A DNA stretch of 64,000 bases, taken from Glaucostegus cemiculus (taxonomy: Eukaryota). A program made the position numbers and the translations under genes. Shown here piece by piece: positions 39,560 through 53,870 of the stretch (position 1 is its first letter; every line of letters starts with the position of its first letter). The notes under the pieces were generated by a model. That model made no database searches and had not been told where the DNA came from. It saw nothing but the letters and a program-made list of their open reading frames with translations. Location of the stretch: positions 2,914,001 to 2,978,000 of the forward strand of contig CDPCPM010000238.1 in NCBI GenBank assembly GCA_976551045.1, written 5' to 3'.

Positions 39560-40330
39560 CTCTCTGCCCGCAATGGCCATCCTGAGGCCCCCGTTGCAGG
39601 AAATGTCAACTCCTCTTCCCATTCCCACTAGACCTCGCCGTCCTCGTCCATCTTAAATGCTAGGGTGACGGATAATCAAACTAGAAGAACAACACCTCAC
39701 ATTCCACCTGGAAAGATTAGAGGCCAATCGCATGAACACTGGATTGTGTCTAATTTCAGTCAACACTCACATCTGTGTCCCCATCCCCTCCTTTTGATCC
39801 TCCTCTGATCCTTCCATTTTTGTTTCCTTTCCTATTTCTCCTCTAGCCCCCATTACCCGGTTTCGTCCCCTTCATCCTCTTCCATCCACCCTCGTCATAC
39901 ACTTCACCCATTGGTTTCCCTACCCATCTGATTCCATATGGCATTTACCTCGCCCAATGTATCCCATTATCAGCGTCCTTACTCAACTCATTCCAGCATT
40001 TGTAGCCTTCGGAGCTCCACTTATCACTGTCCTGCCTTTTGTCTTTACCTGTACTGTCCCTGCCCTGGACTCATCATCCTTTTTGTCTGCTTCGCCGATG
40101 ACCCACTTACCTCTTCACCAACCCCCCCTTCCTGCCCGTCATCCCCCATAGCTGGGCGATCCATCTACTGGTCCTTTTCTCATTCCACCCGGTCACCACT
40201 CCATACAGGCTACCTTCTCTCTACGCTGTCAGTTATAATGCAAGGTCTCGACCCGAAAAGTCGATTATTCCTTTCCCTCCACACATGCTGCGTAGTCACT
40301 GAGTTCATCTAGCAAGCTTTTCTTTGCCGC
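39560..40330 (+). mobile_element. Penelope-like 3' fragment in the gene B V-C1 intron
   Basis: KLEEQHLTFHLG-like sequence, pyrimidine-rich UTR, 'ggtctcgacccgaaa' pLTR end. Confidence 0.75.
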
Positions 40331-41733
40331 TCCATAGTCTCCTGTCTGTTTTGAGAATTCTTATTTTTCCCTCTTTGCATTAACAATGATTTACTAAATC
40401 AGGATTATCGCTAACTTTGAAAGAGATATTACTGGTTATTCCCAGACGCAAGAGTGTCCTGCCGGCCTCATTATTACAGAATGTTACTGTTGATCTGTTT
40501 GAAATATAAATAATCAGGAGAATTTCAATTGAGGGTGTCGTTTTCTTGGTTTTTTTTCGGAACGTTTATCAGCCGTTGGTGGAGTAAAGAGAAATTATGA
40601 ACTACAAATATTGGCGCCTATAGTTAAAGGAACAACAAACAGAGAGGAACTCTGTTGGTCAGTCAGCAAAATCCCTGACATCTTCCTGTGCTTTGCAGAG
40701 ACTGAATGTAAAAGAAAACAGTGGGCTTGGAGTTAGACAGATGTTTATACCGGGCTATTCGTCTCCCAGACGTGGAACCTTTTGGGTAAGTATTACACTA
40801 CATCTCTCCATGGGTTCCAAGATTCATTGTGGAAATACAAGTATGATAGCGTGATCTGGAGGTTTGGCTCAGGTGATTGGCCGAAGAATCAGACGATAAA
40901 AATGCGTAACCCTCGAGAGCACTCTGTTGGTGGATGATCTGTGTTTCAATTCCTTTTTTCCCCTGGAACTCCCTAACCTTTGATTTATAACCCTACCCAA
41001 AATCACCACCATCTTGAGAGATTATTTTTCTCCCTTCCTTACATGTGTATGGACAAAGAAATATAGACTTTGAATAATTCAGAAAAACAACGTTAGAATG
41101 ACGATTTGAAGTAGGTGCGACAAATAGATACTTGATGTTGGACTTAACAAGTGTTAGAGCTGGGTTTTGCTCTTCCGAACTTGTAAGCTCGTCGATAGGG
41201 AATAGAACACTTCAGTGTTGCATGGCAGGCCCTAAAAAGGGAATGTTAAAATTGTTCATATTTTCCTTCCTGGGTGATAAGAAATCGGGCCAGCCTACTA
41301 CAGCCATTCGCATTAATATCAATGTTATTTCCATATCTTGCTTGCAAAGCAACTTAAATTCACTTGAAAATTAATTCCTTGGTTCGGAAGAACTTTCGCG
41401 GTAATCATGGTAAAACACAAAGGTAAAACTAATTTTGGGCCGTAGCGTTAAATAGGAGACAGCTAATCGACAACAATGGAAAAGAGTCCGGAGACGTACG
41501 ATAAGATAAACAGAATAAACTCCATTACTCGCCGCCCTAATGCTGCCTCAACTGTAATTATTTTCTTCCTCTCTCTTTAATTTTGAATATCGAGCCCCTG
41601 GAATATTGTGTTAATGTGTGAAACAAATTCATTCTCACTGTTTCTTTTATCAAGTAGCAACACTTCATATTATCCCCATCACCAAGCTTGAAGTAAATGG
41701 CATAGAAAGTACTTTCCAAACAGACACACTCAC

Positions 41734-42039
41734 CGAACACAGTGAGCTGGGAGCCGCTTCCATTCCCGAATGATTGTCTCCGATGCTTTGCTTCACAGTA
41801 ATACATTCCGGAGTCAGCGACATTCACATTCAGGAGAACAAGTATTCCCCTTCCCTTTTCTACAGCAAATTGTTTTCTGCTGTCGGGTTTTACAAACGAC
41901 GTCCTGCCTTCCTTCCACCAATGAACGTCAACAGTATCTTGTGATATTGGAAATTGGCAGAACATGGTAACATTGGTACCGGGTGCGACGTCCAAGTCCT
42001 TCGGTAATTGAGATACTTTGCTCGAAGTTGCTTTGGAGG
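41734..42039 (-). CDS. IgSF receptor gene B, V-set domain exon with J-like C-terminus
   Basis: Acceptor ttttccgacag|, donor G|GTGAGT, 306 nt. Motifs VTMFC, VHWW, ADSGMYYC, FGNGSGSQLTVF. 57/102 aa identical to gene A V (hand count). Confidence 0.93.
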
Positions 42040-42243
42040 CTGTCGGAAAATAAGCAAGAACTTTAAAAACAGTTGCACACACTGGACAAAGGAGAAGAAC
42101 CGAGAGATGTAAAGGAAAAAAAATTAAGAGTCAAACAGGGTCAAATAGCTGTACCACCGTGTCTAATTGTTCATTGTACAACCAGGGTTGAAGTTTCTAA
42201 AATGGACAGATCGTTCAGAAACGGCACACATAACTAGGTATAC

Positions 42244-42298
42244 CTAGCGAAATAATAGCCAGAAGCGCCATGTAGCAAACTGTAACTTTATCTGACAT
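42244..42298 (-). CDS. IgSF receptor gene B, exon 1 (leader): MSDKVTVCYMALLAIISL
   Basis: ATG at 42298, 55 nt, hydrophobic core, phase-1 donor G|GTATA. Homologous to the gene A leader. Confidence 0.82.
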
Positions 42299-43080
42299 GC
42301 TACAGAAACCTAATTAGGCAATCTCTGTAATGCGATCTGTATTCTCAAGACTCTGTGTGAGGAGAAGAATGTCATGAGTAAATATAGGAACCGTGTCGTC
42401 ATGACGTTGGATATCGCATGACCAAGAGACAGTAAAGTGTTTTAAGTTCACTTCTGCTGCGGCGGGGTGGGATGTAAGAGCTCGGTCCCTCCCAATTGTT
42501 AGGCCTACCGAGTACTTACAGCATCATGTTCGCAGTCTTGCCCTTTTACTGACTTCAGGAATTATCCCAATCTCTATCCAGATTTAAATACGAATCTGTC
42601 CCCTGCGCAGTTTATCCGCTATTAAAAATTCGCACAGGGGTTGAAAAGTGTCTGTAATAAGATGGGCAGACGAGGGTAACATCAACATCATTCCCGATTT
42701 AGTTTTGCCCTTTTCCTCTCTTTCATCTGTATACATTCGGTGAATTATCATCCCGCTGGTTTCTCCCTGCAACCACCACCTCCCAACCCCAGCCCCCAGC
42801 GTCCACTGCGATAATCTGTGTAGGACATTCGGACCTGAAGCTGAATGTTGCTAGCTATGACTCCTACTATTCTTGTAATCACCACTGCAGTTACGTTTCT
42901 GGAAAACGGGAAGACCAGCTGCGCTCATACAGCAAAATGCATGAACAGAAACAACACATGGTCGAGCAGCAGGCCTACTAGTTCAGCAATTTTAAGGTAA
43001 ATTAAATGCTTGTCGCCAATCATTTGGAGGCTATATACATTTGCTGAAATGAAAGGACAATAACGTGAAAATTACCTAAA

Positions 43081-46000
43081 CTTATGATGTCGACAGTTTT
43101 CAATACAGGTTTTTGAAAAAATTGAACAGTTTTTCATTGTAAGTCGCGTAAGACCGAGGTTCCTCAACCGCTGATATGACCAATTCGCACCAAGACCAAG
43201 GTGAGGAGGAGCAACAAAAGCAGTATCTGATGGAAAGCCATTCCGAGCAGAGGATGCTGATCATCATGAAGAGAGAGCTTAGAGTTATTCACAGTTTAAT
43301 GATGACGGTAACAGAGAGATTCAAGAGGTAGTGTGAGAAAACTTATTGTTTGCATCAAGGAGACCGCAGCTGAGTGACTGCAGTCCTGAGGCTCCATTTT
43401 AAAGACCACGATGCAGTCCAATAAACTGGAACAGAACTGGGGGGGGGGGGGGGAGTGCTGCTATTTCAAATATCTCTTAAAATCCCACATAGCAAAAGGG
43501 AGACAGTGGGGAATCCATCCGAGCAAATATGTATTAAACTGACACAGAAAAGAGGCATTCGGTTGATTATCATGCTGCCATTTCTCTGACCTGGCAGTGC
43601 ACAAATCGCTACCCTTTGCTAAAAGGAGAGCACTGAGTGTACTTCAAAAGCAACTTACTTGGTGGTACAATAGTGCTGCCGATCTAATGATTGAAATTAA
43701 GCCCTCCTGTTTTGAAACGGCCTGCAGCTTTCACCCTTTCTGGGCTGCTATGTGCTGCCAACGAACGAAGTTCTGATTACATGCTGATCGCTCTTCCATT
43801 TTGAGCAGTTATGCGCCTTGACTTCCCATGAATTGGTGGGAATGTTACTCTTCATTAAATAAAATTTTGACCTTCACTAAATTACATCTCCGCTCCGCTC
43901 AGATTTCGGAATTGTGTGGCTGTTTCGAGTCTGAACTTGTGCATGTGTAACACATGTTTTGTACATTGGATCCGACTGATTGTAATTCAGACCTGATTGA
44001 TGTTGAGTTTGGCTGGGAGACGATACCGATGTTGTTTACCTTATACTGCTGCAGATCTGGAGGACGTTGGCAGGTAATTCTAGTGAGAGATAGCTTAGTT
44101 TCACCTTTCAGTTCCTTTGAGGTGTCTAATTCAGAAATCTGTCTGCGGCAGAGACCACTAGTGCCTGCAGATAAGTTTTCTGCCAAGAATGGGGTCTTGA
44201 TCTTCAGATACCCCTTTTCTCAGAAGGTCACGCTGCAAATTTGGCAGCAACTTTGGTATCTTTGTGTATGCATACGTGTTACTGTGAGTAATCCTCCATT
44301 AACCGTGGCAGTCCTCCAATAATCGACTCTTCCTGGTGTCCCGGAAAGGAGCAGGGACTTGGGCCAATTGCTGCGCGCTTACAAAGGTAAGGCCGCTGGT
44401 AAAATATGTGCCACGTTTGAGCACGTATGCAGAATATATTCCTGTTGATTAATAGAAGGGATTGTTGTGGTAGCACTGAGGCGACAATTGAATAAAATTA
44501 CAGATGCATTATTAGTTTAAAATGCGGTTTTAAATGTTTCCGAAATCCTTGCATCTCTAATCTCAAAGAATAGATTTGTCCAGTGTTAACTGGCAAAGGT
44601 AAGTATATGAGAATGTATATTATTTAAGCGTTTAATTAATTTATTTTTGTTTTCAAATGCTTGAATATTTTTGATAGTCTCTTAAAAATCAGAATCTTGT
44701 TAAATGTCAGGCGTATTTCTGGCCAGATCTGTGGACTAATCGTGAATCTCGTTTTCTATTTTATAAGTGAGGCAATTTTACCCGGCCCACAAGATGTCAA
44801 GCCCTAAAGCCTGCCTGCCCTCATTACAGAGAATATTCCCAGATGTTCCCAGATGTTTTCAACAAGCTTCTATTAGGATAAACGTTTCAACTAAATTTGA
44901 ATTATTCTTTTGGCAAGGTCATCAGGGAGCTGTAATGGATTTCTAATGAATGTAAAATTAAAGCTACTTTTAACTACCATTATGTAGAAGTGACTGGAAA
45001 CACTCAAAGTCAGACAGGAACGGCGGAGGGAGAAATCGTGTTACCGCTTCGTTCATAATTTTTCACTGGGTCATGAATAGAAAAAAAAATATTTTACTGT
45101 CTGCCCAGATGGGTCTGGGATTTCCAATGTTTTCTGCTTAATTTCAGACTTCGAGCATCTGCAACATTCTGTTTTCCATTAATTACCCTGTGCGCTAACT
45201 TGATTTGAGCTGAACATTGAAGGGCATAAACTTCCCCCCACCCCCTCCCCCACCTCCAGTCAAGACTCTAAAAATATCGTGCAAAGCTTTAGCCAAAAGT
45301 ACACTTCCGACGGCCACCAATTGCCACCTCAATCCAATTTGTTACATTTTCCGTATTCCATTCACTCGGCTCTTAATCGAACATGGACTAGTGCAGCACA
45401 GGGACAAGACATTCAACCAAGCTGTCTGTGTCAAACACAATGTCAAATTAAACTACATCTCTTCTACCTGCAAATGATCTATATTCCATAATTCCCTGCG
45501 TATTAGTGCCTCTTAAATGCCAGCATAGTATCTTCTTCTACTTTAATCTGCTTTAATGTCTAAGCAATTTCCTATTCCTGCCAGTAAGTTACCTCTAATA
45601 CCCAGCTCATCTTTTCCGCGAATAGAATCCTTTGCAACAACAGTCACATGTTTCAGAAAGTCCGTCTGAAGATCATCCACATCGATTAAGTGCAAGGACA
45701 GGACTTTCAACTAACTGAAATATATTTTCCACTTCGTCTTAGTCTGCGAGAAATCCCACATCTGTGTTCTTCCAAACACAAGTGCGACCCGACGTCAAAG
45801 TCACCAATTGACAATCTAGTATCCTGTGACACGCTGGGGACATTATTTCAAGTAATCTACGAGTTTTCATTGTGTTCAAAACAACACCATCACTCCCTTG
45901 TAAGATATTGTGCAATACAGTGGAAGATATTTCCAAAATTCCGAAGGCTAACGTTATCCAGATCAGCTGCAAATGGCCAGACGATTTTCTAAGTGGTCCC

Positions 46001-46388
46001 TTATGTAAGCGATCACAAAGGAAAATACTTATTTCTGACATTAAACTTACAATGTCTTTTAATGCCTAAATTCTTCATTATTCAGTGTTCTCAGAAAATG
46101 ACTAAAACATTAAAATCTGCCATTCAGTTGCTATTAAGAACATTGTTTCGTATATTTAGTTACAGAATGTACACGTCGCGGTTTCAGGAAGTGTAAATGT
46201 TGCAGCACAACTTTAGAAACATCTAGTTGACAGAAGCAGGTTTTCAAATAATTTGATTAAATTAAACTTCTTGTCCTTCTCTTAAGCGCCAACTCCGATA
46301 ACACAAGTTGTCTGCAATTTACATGCATCAGACAGACGCTGTCTTTGACCACCGATTTTCCTCGATGTTCCCAGCAGACTCGCGAGTG
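43081..46388 (+). repeat. Segmental duplication, copy 2 (upstream region of gene B)
   Basis: Colinear with 284-3583. Confidence 0.93.
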
Positions 46389-49300
46389 TCAAAGTGAGTA
46401 AAGTAGGAATTCTTGTGTTTAGGGTATCAGCAGCTGAAGGCACAGTGCACAGAAAATGGATGAGCATGATGGCATTTAACTGTGGAAAGTGGAAAATATC
46501 TGAAAAGAGATGGACACGTTGTACTCGATACAAATCCATAAAGTCTATACTGGATTAGATCATGTGACCCCTTAACAATTTTTGTAAGATTTTGGTTCAT
46601 CTTCAGTAACAACCCATTTTCCTCCTTACTGTTCACAGACATCGGTTCTCCCTTTGTTCGAAAATCATTTTATCTCGGTCTTGAGTATCAGTGTATTCGC
46701 TGTGATTTGAGAATTACAAACACTCACAAGCTTTTGAGAATGAAATTTCTCCCCATTTTAATCCGAAAGAGCTAAGCGTTTTCTTGACTAGAAACCTCAT
46801 TCTGGCTAAGAGGGTATAGTCTTCCTCCCATCTGTCTAGATATCTCGTGGAATGTTATCTCTTTCTGTAAGATTGTCTCTTATTCGTCTTACTCCAGTGA
46901 TTTTAGACTCATACCACCCAATATCTTCTCTAAAGGCAGCCTAATCATCCGGGAATGAATCAATGAACTCAACGAAGTACGACTTTCTGGACAAGCTTTC
47001 TTACCTATGGAGGACAAAAATGTGTACCTCACTGGAGGTAGTCCAAACAAACCCCAAGTGAATTGCAACATGATGCGCTTGATTTTGCATACACCCTTTC
47101 TTGCAAATGTTCGCACTTAAGCAATCGTAATTTCGAATTATAAACAGAAACCAAAAATAGTTGACACATTCGAGAGGACGTGCCCCTCCATCACAATGGA
47201 AAAAAAATAGAAAGATAAGACGTTTAAAAAGGAACGGAGCAAGCCGTAAAGCGAGGCAAATAAGCAGGCACTCTGAAAAGCACAAACACACATTTAATAA
47301 TTGACGTGATACTGCACAATGCTCTCCACAAACACATACAGCGTCAATTTATATGTACACAACTATTTTAAACTATCACGTTCACTCGATGGCGTTTTAC
47401 AGGAATACTATGATGTGAGCCACATAAGATAATATTAAGTGATGTGATTGAATGCCTGAACAAAACGTAGGTTCTAAGTAGCGACCTTTTGAAGAGAGAA
47501 GCGGAGATTTAGGGAAGGAAGATCATAGTTAAGGTTCGCAATCGTCAACAGCTGGAAAGAGATGAAAATCAGGGGTGCCCAGAAGGCCTCATGAGGATTA
47601 CTGAAGATTATGGCTGAGAAAGACGACATAGAGATAGGGAGAAGCGAGGCCATGGAAGGATTTGAACGCAAAACTGGCAATGAAGACTTTGCTGATTGGA
47701 CGCAAAAGCAAACCGACGAGCAAACGGGCAATGGATGAGCAGGACGTGCTACGTATAATGCACACATCATTAGTACAGGTCAAGAGACCTATGGATACAA
47801 CAAGTGTACAGAAAAGCACACCCAAGCACCTATTGTATATACACAAACAGGCGTGCACACACTGATATTGACGAAGTTAAATATGCCTCTTCCCTCACAC
47901 ATATATCTATTTTTTACCTTACCTGTCCCTTTGCTCCACGCCCATTCTACTTTTCTATCTTTCCAATTAGGTGTCTGTGTTGTCACAGTATCAGTAAGAT
48001 CCAAACTAAATTCTCCTCACATTCACTGTGATTGTGGACTTTACTTCCACCTCTCAAATAACGTTCATCTTCATCCCTATTTTTTGTTATATTAACTATG
48101 TTCACCCCGTCACACCAATACTTTCATGGAAGGACACGCTTAAAGGCCCTTCTGACTTACCTATGTTCCTATTTTCTCGTGCTCTTGTGTTCCTGTGGCT
48201 TCTTTTGGTGTTATAAACTCCATATCCTTTAATTGTTGCGGGAACTATTTCATTGGTGAACATCTGTCAGACAAATTGGTAGTTCAGGCATAAGTATTCG
48301 CAAGTCCCGGAACAGAAAACATCATTTGAAAAGGAACACAGGACAGGAACACAGGAATGCATGTTTACAACTTTAAATGTAATTGTGAAACATTTTGTGG
48401 AAGTCTTTAACATTTAAAGTTGTAAACATGCATTCCTGTGTTCCTTTTCAAATGTTGTTTGAAAATTTACCTGATCAAGGAATATGTGGAAAAGCCAAAA
48501 GCTTCATTACAGAAATTTAAAAAAACCCGGTACTATAATACTCAGTAGGTCAGGCCACATCCACGGGAAGAGAAACAGAGTTAATGGTTTAGCTGTGGTG
48601 TGGTGTCTTTGATCTGTAACATTAACATTGCCCTTTATTTCCACAGATGCTGGGCCTGCCGGGTGCCTTTGGGATTTTCTGTCTTTATTGCAGATTTGCA
48701 GCATGTGGATTTTCTTTCATCTGCAATAAAGGAATGGTTTTAACGGATAACCTTAGAATACCTGATCCAACGCATTTTCATACAAACTTAGGAAGAGAAT
48801 TTTAAAACATGTAGCTTAAGCAATGTTAGGGCATAGTTCTACATTGAACATTCAAGGAGTAGAATGATGCGGGAGATGCTGGCTGGATGGAACTATTGAG
48901 ATGGGAAAGAACAAATGAATTATAAAATTAAAATAACAATAACTTTTCTGCATTTAAATAGCTGGGGTACTAAAGCCACTTATATGGATGAGTTGCCTGC
49001 TTGGCTTCTTTCTGTGTTGTAAACTCTATATACTTTGATCTGGTGTAATTTATTATTGTTGGCAATTAATGTTCAGGGAATCAAGTTGATATAAAGGAAT
49101 TCGGTTTTTCGGGAGGAGGATGTCAATAGCCTTCATGGGGGACATAATCAAATTACATGAATGGGCAACAAAATGGCAGTTGGAATGTAATATGGAGAAT
49201 GTGATGTTATCAACTTTGGTGTGCAAAACAGAAAATCAGAGTAAAATTTAAATAGTGAGAGACTGAGTCACTTTGATCTTCAAAATAAACTTGCGTGTGT

Positions 49301-50019
49301 TTTAACTTACATCACTGGACACCAACATATTCTGCAGCATGTGATCAGGAAGCCTTGGTGAGACCATGGAACTGCAGGAACAGGGGCAATTATCTTATGG
49401 TCTATCTATAGAGATAACCATCTTATGGCAATTACACTGGGTCTTTGTGACAGCTCGTCTGGAGTATTCTGTGCAATTTTGGTCTTCTGGCTTATAAACC
49501 TATATGTCTCACTAACTAACTGTTCCCGTTCACTCGATGCCCAGATAAACTTACTTACTGCTTATTGCCATGGTCACCCCAAGTTTTACCCTAATACAGA
49601 CACCCCTCCCCATCTTTGGTGCAGCTTTTTGTCCTTTTTGTCCTTTTTGTCCTTTTCTGTTCTGATGAAGGGTCTCCGATCCTAACCGTTGACTTTTTAT
49701 TCAATTCCCATGGCTGCCTGCTTGACCTGCTGTGAACTTCCAGCATTCTTTCTGTTTGTTCTAGATTTCCAGTATCTGCTTTTTCAAGAATGTCATATAT
49801 GGTGATTCATTCAGAACCAAAACAATTTTTGGAGAAGTATATTATAAAGGCACAGGAAGACCACAAAATTATGAGATAGGCATTCTTCAAAAGTAGAGAT
49901 AAATGATTCTGGGCTCCCAGCAGCTAGAAGCTGGCTGGAAATAGCTGCGGTGTTTTACTGTCATAGAATGGCAGAAATAGAAAAATGTATGACGCTAGAA
50001 ATGAACATCCATCGTCACA

Positions 50020-50330
50020 CATCGGAAATCCACCCTCGATCCTGACCTAAGGCGCTGTTAGTATGGAGTTTGCACATTCTGCCGGTGAGTACCTAGATTT
50101 TCTTAGGGTACTCTGGTTTTCTCCAAGGATGTGCTGGTAGGTTTATTAATGACTGTAAGTTACCCCCTAGTGTAAGTAAGTTGTAAAAACGAACCAAAAC
50201 AGAGTTGATACACACGTAAGACAGTAAATTTACGAATATACAGAGAGAAATGGGACTTAATAGATTCCTCTGGTGACAGACGCCATAGACCCAATCGATT
50301 GAAATACCTCTTCCTGTGCCATAATAGATA
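50020..50330 (+). mobile_element. Degenerate V-SINE
   Basis: 'gtatggagtttgcacattct...gggtactctggttttctcc'. Confidence 0.6.
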
Positions 50331-52989
50331 AGCAACCAAATTCATTGAGTGTGAGGCTGCTCTTTCAAAGAGTAATGCTGTCTGACCCCTCTCCTGCTCT
50401 TCCTTGATATTTCTGCAATTATTTCTTCTTTAACTAAAAAGTTCCTTTTAGAAGTCTATAATTGAATTTCTATTGGCCATCTTAAAAGTCCTGACCGTGT
50501 TGCGCAAAATGCTTTCTCCCATGCAGTTTCTAATTCTTTTGACAATCATGCAAATTCATCATTATATGGACATCTACTAAATCTCTTTTCACTCTTCACA
50601 TTGAAGAATCTGGAGATTTTCTCTTTCTAACAAGAACACCCTGGGCACCTTCAGACTGTCAATGCAAGCGCAGACTTCAATTCTTCAAATAATTTTACCA
50701 TATTCCTTCAGTAACCTTCCAAAAGTCTTCGGCTCATCCAAAACTGTGCTGCTGAAATTGTTTACAATGGAAATTGGACCAGACCGATGGTTTTAGATTA
50801 ATTAATTTAGATGGTCACGATTTCCTATTTTAGCATTGAATTGTGCCATTTATAACGAGGATTGAAGTGCCTCGTTAATTTTTTTGATAAGCTACCCACG
50901 CCTCTGGCTTCCTGCATTTCCTTTAAAGTTGGAACATTTAGAAAATGATAGCTCCCTTTATTCTTCCTACCAGGTGATAACGTTACACATTTTTCTCCAC
51001 AGAATTCGATCCATAATATACTCATTCCACTATCTTGTCTATGTCCTCTTTTAGTCCATAATCATCTTCACTACTTCTGATTTGCAGACGTTGAGCCATA
51101 TGCGAATTTTGAAATTGTGCCACCTACCACCAACAGTAAGCCAGTAAATGATAACCAAAATAATACTGCATTGTGGGCAACTTGCTGATAGTGTAATGGT
51201 ATGTGGGTAAGCAAGTTCTGAGGAGGATACAAAGTCTGCAAAGGAACGAGCTGGTTTATGTGAGTGGGGAAAATGGCAAATGTGGTAAACTTTGGGAGAA
51301 TGTGAGGTTATTCCCTTTGGTAGGAAAAATAGAAATGCAATATATTGTGTAAATTGGGAGAGATTTAAACATTCTGAAGAACAGTGTGATTTGGGTGTCC
51401 TCAGCCACAAAACAGGGCATGCAAACGACTAGGAAGAGAAATGGAATGTTGGCCATTATCTCAAAGGGAGATAATTATGAAAATAGGTTTGAGGTATGTA
51501 TGCTCCACTCGTGCTCCAATTTCTCATCTTATAATTTTGATGTATAAAAACGTATAGGTTATATTTTGCTCATTGTTTTCTTTCTGTTACAATGCATCCA
51601 AACTATAATAACAATGTGCAAAACATATAATTGCCAGGCTGTGTAATTACAAGGATATACAGTGGTAGTAATAGCAAATAGTTCAGAACTCGCTATAAGT
51701 ACTGTAACTTTCTTTATAATCTCTTTTGGGTTTTGTGCATAGACAGTTAAATATAGAAATCTGGAAGTTCATGTAAGTAACAATCTTTTCCTCTGGAGTA
51801 TGCACTGTTAAAGTTCTGCTGCGTAATCAACACAGAATCAATGGATGGGATGAATTTCAATACAGTTTTGCCTCATTCTCACCATAAAAAACACGGAAAA
51901 TGCTATATATTTTTCTGATTTGTTAACGGCACACTTCTGCTGAATAAACATTTTGGTGACCAGGAACTTATTTTACATGTAGTGAGTCTGATTCTCAAGA
52001 ATAATTGCACAAATATTTCATGGGCATTGAAATAAATGTTTTTGTTTTGTTTACTTGCTTGTTGAGGATATTTTAGATTCTACCATGGGTATGTCTCATT
52101 TTTATTTTGTGTTCAGTAAATGTTTAAAACAGTATAAAAATATCGCTTTTTAATTTCTGGGCTGCTGCCATTCAGATTTTAACCTTTCTGGTTGTGGGCA
52201 TTGTTGGTGAGGCCAGCAGCTTTTGCCCATCTCTAACTGCCCCTAGGGAGGTGACACGAAGCTAGTGAAGGTGCTTGGATATGAAGTCCTGGAAGATCTT
52301 CTTCTCAGGCAACTTGGTGGCATTGCCTTTTCTGTATGGAACAGATCCCTTCAGAAGATCAATAAAGAATAAAATAGAGCATTTTAAAACAACGAAAATC
52401 TAAGTGCATACATACAATGACATTTAGTCGTCATTTATGAATATTCCTAAAACCTAGTGGTCAGGAACAAAATCAAAAACAAAATGATCATTAGTTGGTT
52501 AGCTCTTATAACTAGAAGTCTGTAATGTAATGGGTGGACCATCTATGGACAGTTCAAAAGCCAAGATTGGACGATATCAGGAGTGGTGTGTATAATCGTG
52601 TGTTCTACCCTTTAAACTACTCAGATTGATGTTGAATTAAATGTAGATTGAGCTGAATTCTCGGAAGTAACTTATGAACTATGTGTTTATTCCATGGAAG
52701 AAAAGCAGAGAAGACTGAAATAACCCAGAAGGTCAGGCAACATTTGCTGAAAAAGAAACAGAGTTAATGGTTCAAGTTGTAAATCTTTGATCAGAATTGA
52801 GAAACATAAGAAAACAAATTAGTTTTAAATTACAGAGAAGGTGGGGGGAGGACAATGGGAATATTTGTAAAAGGCAGGGATAGAATTATCCAGGTGATTC
52901 TATTGGTTATGAAGCCATCTGTGGTTGATACATTAATGAGGATAATTGGAGAGGAAAAAACTAAATGGGCACATAAAAGCTGTAAAATG

Positions 52990-53870
52990 CGTGTCAGAGC
53001 TGAGACCTGACACCAAAAGGAGGGTGCTGGAAATGTCCAACCCATCGGGCAGCATCTGTGGAGAGAGAAAAACTGAGTTAATATTACAGATGGCTAAACA
53101 TCCGTAGAGCAGATGTTTGAAAAGTTCTGAGACTAGCAAAAATGAAAACGTATCATTTGAATCTGTTGAACTTAATGGAGACTTAATGGCCATGTTGTGC
53201 CCAGTTGGAAGATGAGGTGATGTTCCTCAGGCTTACGTGGGGCCTATTCATAAGAATGCTGGAAGCCACAAACAGACAGGTCAGAGTAATGAAGAATTAA
53301 ATAAGCAAGCTAAGGTTTGTCCCTACAGACTGAATGCAGGTGCTCCACAAAGCAATCACGTAATCTGCATTCAGTTTGCAAAATGTGAGTGTATGTAGTA
53401 CACTAGATTGCAGTGAATTTCTACTTCATCAGAAAGAATTGTTTTAGTCCCTCGATTTTGGGAAGCGATGAGATGAAGGGAAAGATGTTGCATCTTTTTT
53501 GATTGCACTTGAAGGTGCACTGAGAAGGAGAAAGGTTAATGGAGAAGGAAGAGAGAATAAGGGAGTCATGAACAGAATATCTGAAATATTGAAAGTGGAC
53601 AGAATATATGTCTGGTGGTGGAATCTTGTTGAAGGAGGTGAAAATTGTAAATGATGATTGGTTGAAGGTAGTAAGTGGTGATTTGGAAATACCAAGAGAA
53701 TTTTATCCTAGCTCTGTCTGGGGGTAGAGGGGGTGAAAACAAAGATCAAGGAAGCAAATGTGATTTGATTAAGATCTCTGTCAACTATGTATAAGGGAAT
53801 CCAGAGTTAAGAAAATAGGAAGACATCTCAGAGGCATTATTGTGTTCTCAGACTGGACCCAGAAGAGAGA
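52990..53870 (-). mobile_element. Old Penelope-like fragment
   Basis: 'aagatgaggtgatgttcctcaggcttacg' (reverse of RKxEEHHLIF) and pLTR end 'gcagcatctgtggagagagaaa'. Confidence 0.6.

Noticed and set aside
41738-41744. CACAGTG heptamer (RSS-like); also at 38345
   Set aside because: No properly spaced nonamer; one lies inside the J-like coding sequence. No evidence of V(D)J rearrangement.
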